A DNA stretch of 64,000 nucleotides, from positions 1-64,000 of the forward strand of contig CBDCEW010000101.1 in the NCBI GenBank assembly GCA_965215885.1, in the 5' to 3' direction. The position numbers were made by a program, and so were the translations under genes. Positions 61,310 through 64,000 of the stretch are shown piece by piece. This DNA is from Candidatus Moanibacter sp. (lineage in GTDB: Bacteria; Verrucomicrobiota; Verrucomicrobiia; Opitutales; UBA2987). A model generated the notes under the pieces. The model was not told the origin of the DNA. It was given only the letters and a program-made list of their open reading frames with translations, and searched no databases. Each line of letters starts with the position of its first letter. The first letter of the stretch is position 1.

Positions 61310-63115
61310 TTACCGCCCCGGGATATCCTGCCGCAGACGCTCCTCCACGGCTGCAATGATTCGATCCGAGTTGCGCATCCCTCGCGCCACGATGAGGGCC
61401 TTTTGCCAGTACTCTTGAGCCATGGTGTGTCCGCGTGCCTTCCAGGCCACGTCGCCGAAGACAATCCAGCCATTGACGTCTTCGGGACGCTCGGCGGTAT
61501 ATATTTTAAGACTCTCGGTAGCAGCTTCGTAGGCGTTCGATTCCGCGTAGACTTGACCGAGGTTCAGGTGAATCTCGATGTTGCTCGGATCGACGGCGAG
61601 CGCCTCTCTATAGCCAGCGACCGCCCCTGGATAGTCCCCTTCCCTCGCTTTACGATTTCCTGACTGCAGCAGAAAGGTCAGTAACAATTCCCGCAATTCG
61701 GCGCTGTCCGGTTCCAGAAGTTTCGCCTCGCGCAGGGGTGCCTCAGCCTTCTCGGGATCTTCCCTTTCCAGATAATGCTGTGCCAAAAAGGCGCGCGAGT
61801 GGAAATCCAAGGGTGAAAGTCTGCGCAACTCCTGGAAGATTTTCATCGCTTCACTTTCGCGCCCTTCCTCCCAGAGGGTTCGGGCGAGGTTTCGCAAGGC
61901 CAGGCGATGAGAAGGGTCTTCTTGCAAGGCCTTGCGCAGGTGGACTCTCGCTTCCGCGCGATTGCCCTGCTCAATGAGAAGCTCGCCCAAAACGGCAAGC
62001 AATTCCGGCGAATCCGGATTTTCCTCCAATCCTTTCCGAGCCATTGCAATCGCCTCTCCATATTCCTCCGATTTCTTGTGGAGGTTCACGAGTGCACTAT
62101 AAATCACGATTGTGTCACCGCCTAAAAGCAGAGCCCTCTTGTAGGCCTTGATGGCCTTGTCCTTCTCTCCCATTCCCGAGTAGGCCATGCCCCGAATGAG
62201 GTGCACATCGGGAAACTCAGGCGAGATATTCACAGCGCGATCGAGAATGTCCAGGGCTCGTTCGAATTGGCGAATGGCCACGTTCATGTCCGCCAGCACG
62301 GTCAAGCGATCCAGATCGTAACAGCGAGTGGTCACTGTGTCCATCCAGGGGTCCGGGTGCTCGCGATAGCGCCCGTGTTTCCGCCCCAGGGCGCGGGCCA
62401 CTTCGGCTCTCTCCTTTTCACCCCTCTTTTCGAGCAGTTGCGCCATCAGCATAAAACCGGGGGCAAATTCCTCATTGTTTTCCCCTAATCGCGACAGCAG
62501 GGTCAGGGCCTCCTCCTCCGCACCTCCTCGAAGGTGCTCGCGCGCCAGGCCGAGCAGAGCGTATGGATTATTCGCATCCAATTGAAGAGATCGCAGATAG
62601 ACTTCACGCGCAGCTTCCGATTTGCCCGATTTGAAGAGCACGTCGCCCAATCGAATCTGGGCCGGAAGGTAGGACGGTTTCAAAGCGGCCACTCTTTTCA
62701 ACAGGCTCTCGGCGGAAGCGAGGTCGCCCCAATTGAGACGCACGTCTGCCAGGTAGTAAGCCCATCGCGCTTCTTCCGGATCGCGTTCATTCAACAAAGT
62801 GTAGCAGGCCTCTGCCTCCTTCAAGAAGGCGTTGGCGTGGTAGAGCATCGCCAGTTCACCGAGTCCCTCATCCGAACCCCTCCTGCTTGAAACCGCCTCG
62901 CTCGCCTCCTGTAGGGCGAGGGTAAACGCTTCCGGCCAGTCGCTCGTATCCGGCAGAGGGGGCAGCTCCTCACGAATCGCGTCGCCTTTCAGCTTACTCT
63001 GTATGATTCCCGACCCGTACCACAGACTCAGTGGAATCACGACCACCAGGATCAATCCTGCCGCCCAGACAAGGCTCTTCCGTCGAAAACCGATAGCTTC
63101 ATCTGATTCCGTCAT
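61310..63115 (-). CDS. Membrane-anchored TPR protein (paralog 3 of 3)
   Basis: N-terminal TM helix; LPPLPDT.DWP, LYHANAF, EHPDPWMD..RCYD, TPR repeats; ATG at 63115 chosen. Confidence 0.88.
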   Translation of the reverse strand: MTESDEAIGFRRKSLVWAAGLILVVVIPLSLWYGSGIIQSKLKGDAIREELPPLPDTSDWPEAFTLALQEASEAVSSRRGSDEGLGELAMLYHANAFLKEAEACYTLLNERDPEEARWAYYLADVRLNWGDLASAESLLKRVAALKPSYLPAQIRLGDVLFKSGKSEAAREVYLRSLQLDANNPYALLGLAREHLRGGAEEEALTLLSRLGENNEEFAPGFMLMAQLLEKRGEKERAEVARALGRKHGRYREHPDPWMDTVTTRCYDLDRLTVLADMNVAIRQFERALDILDRAVNISPEFPDVHLIRGMAYSGMGEKDKAIKAYKRALLLGGDTIVIYSALVNLHKKSEEYGEAIAMARKGLEENPDSPELLAVLGELLIEQGNRAEARVHLRKALQEDPSHRLALRNLARTLWEEGRESEAMKIFQELRRLSPLDFHSRAFLAQHYLEREDPEKAEAPLREAKLLEPDSAELRELLLTFLLQSGNRKAREGDYPGAVAGYREALAVDPSNIEIHLNLGQVYAESNAYEAATESLKIYTAERPEDVNGWIVFGDVAWKARGHTMAQEYWQKALIVARGMRNSDRIIAAVEERLRQDIPGR

Positions 63116-63277
63116 GGGCCGGGTATACTTGCAGGTTATCTGTTTTCCGAGACCGTCGCAGTTTCGATTTCTTAAACCACAACGAACAGAAGGTTTCAAT
63201 TGAATAAGCGGTGGGTTAGCCGCATCGACAATCTCCCTTGGATTCTGGAACCGGCGATGGTTCGCAAATCATCGAAG

Positions 63278-63390
63278 TTCCCGATCGGGAATATTTCTGC
63301 CGGGACTTTCTCTATCCTTTAAAATATTACCGGCCGGTAACATTTCCCTTTGACAAGGAGCCGCAATAGCATCATGTTCCCGATCGGTAA
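63278..63390. promoter_or_regulatory. Three palindromic operator-like sites upstream of hipB
   Basis: TTCCCGATCGGGAA (63278), TTACCGGCCGGTAA (63327), TTCCCGATCGGTAA (63377); TTGACA at 63350. Confidence 0.75.
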
Positions 63391-63391
63391 A

Positions 63392-63631
63392 ATGAATTTT
63401 CGGAATCCAAAGCAACTCGGTGCCGCAATCCGCGCGAGGCGCAAGCAGTTGAAGGTCACCCAGAAGGATCTGGCGATGACATGCGGGACAGGCATGCGCT
63501 TCATTGTTGACCTCGAGAAGGGCAAGCCAACCTGCCAGATCGGAAAGACGCTGCAGGTTGTTCAAGCCCTGGGACTGGAACTCCGAATGTTTATTCGTGC
63601 CGCCGACGCCAATCATGGCCGCGAACGATGA
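63392..63631 (+). CDS. hipB: HipB-like (y4mF/XRE) HTH antitoxin
   Basis: LGAAIRARRKQL.VTQKDLA...GTG.RFIVDLEKGKPT; ATGA overlap with hipA. Confidence 0.88.
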   Translation: MNFRNPKQLGAAIRARRKQLKVTQKDLAMTCGTGMRFIVDLEKGKPTCQIGKTLQVVQALGLELRMFIRAADANHGRER

Positions 63632-64000
63632 ACACGTTGATTGTCTACCTGAACGGGGAGAGGGTCGGAAGTCTTGAACAAGACGATAGCGGCTTGCTCC
63701 AATTCTCCTATGATCAAGCGTGGCTTGAAAAACCAGACACGACTCCGCTTTCCCGGTCACTTCCACTCCGGAACGAGATCTTTGTCGGGAAAAAGGCCAG
63801 GCCTTTCTTTGCCGGCATACTGCCTGAAGAGGGGCCCCGAAGGCAGGTAGCGAAAATCCTTGGGATCAGCGACATCAACGACTTCGCGATGCTGGCCGAA
63901 ATCGGAGGCGAGTGCGCTGGCGCTGTCAGCTTGCTTCCCGACGGCGTCGATCCAACGGATCCGCAAGACACCCACCGCCGCGAACTGACCGAACCCGAGA
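63628..64000 (+). CDS. hipA: HipA-family kinase toxin, N-terminal part, runs off the window
   Basis: VYLNG.RVG.L......FSY...WL.....PLSRSLPL, FFAGILPE, LA.IGGECAGAVSL. Confidence 0.9.
   Translation, partial: MNTLIVYLNGERVGSLEQDDSGLLQFSYDQAWLEKPDTTPLSRSLPLRNEIFVGKKARPFFAGILPEEGPRRQVAKILGISDINDFAMLAEIGGECAGAVSLLPDGVDPTDPQDTHRRELTEPE

Overview
A mosaic 64-kb accessory region, most likely from a Verrucomicrobiota/Opitutales-type bacterium (inferred from the style of the TonB-dependent receptor and one C-terminal domain). No rRNA, tRNA or CRISPR array was seen. Three layers are visible. (1) A set of intact, apparently exported proteins of unknown joint function: four FG-GAP/CRTAC1 (ASPIC-UnbV) beta-propeller proteins, one fused to an SCO CxxxC domain; three paralogous ~600-aa TPR proteins; a TonB-dependent receptor with two CCP motifs; a CoxII-like cupredoxin with a degenerate CuA site; and a beta-helix protein. 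This is the best candidate for an undescribed system. (2) Carbohydrate and redox genes, many reduced to fragments or fused by deletion: PL2-, PL22- and PL11-like proteins, sulfatase, BNR protein, FAD oxidoreductases, PhyH, Gfo/Idh/MocA, amidohydrolase and ABC parts. One deletion has a visible 10-bp microhomology. (3) Mobile and repetitive DNA: an ISAs1/DUF4338 element with a 10-bp target duplication, IS200 TnpA, IS66, group II intron and integrase remnants, a 174-bp MITE with TTAA duplication, six intact or decayed toxin-antitoxin loci, an 8-unit ~102-bp hairpin array and several dispersed palindrome families. All family calls come from motif recognition by eye, not from database searches.
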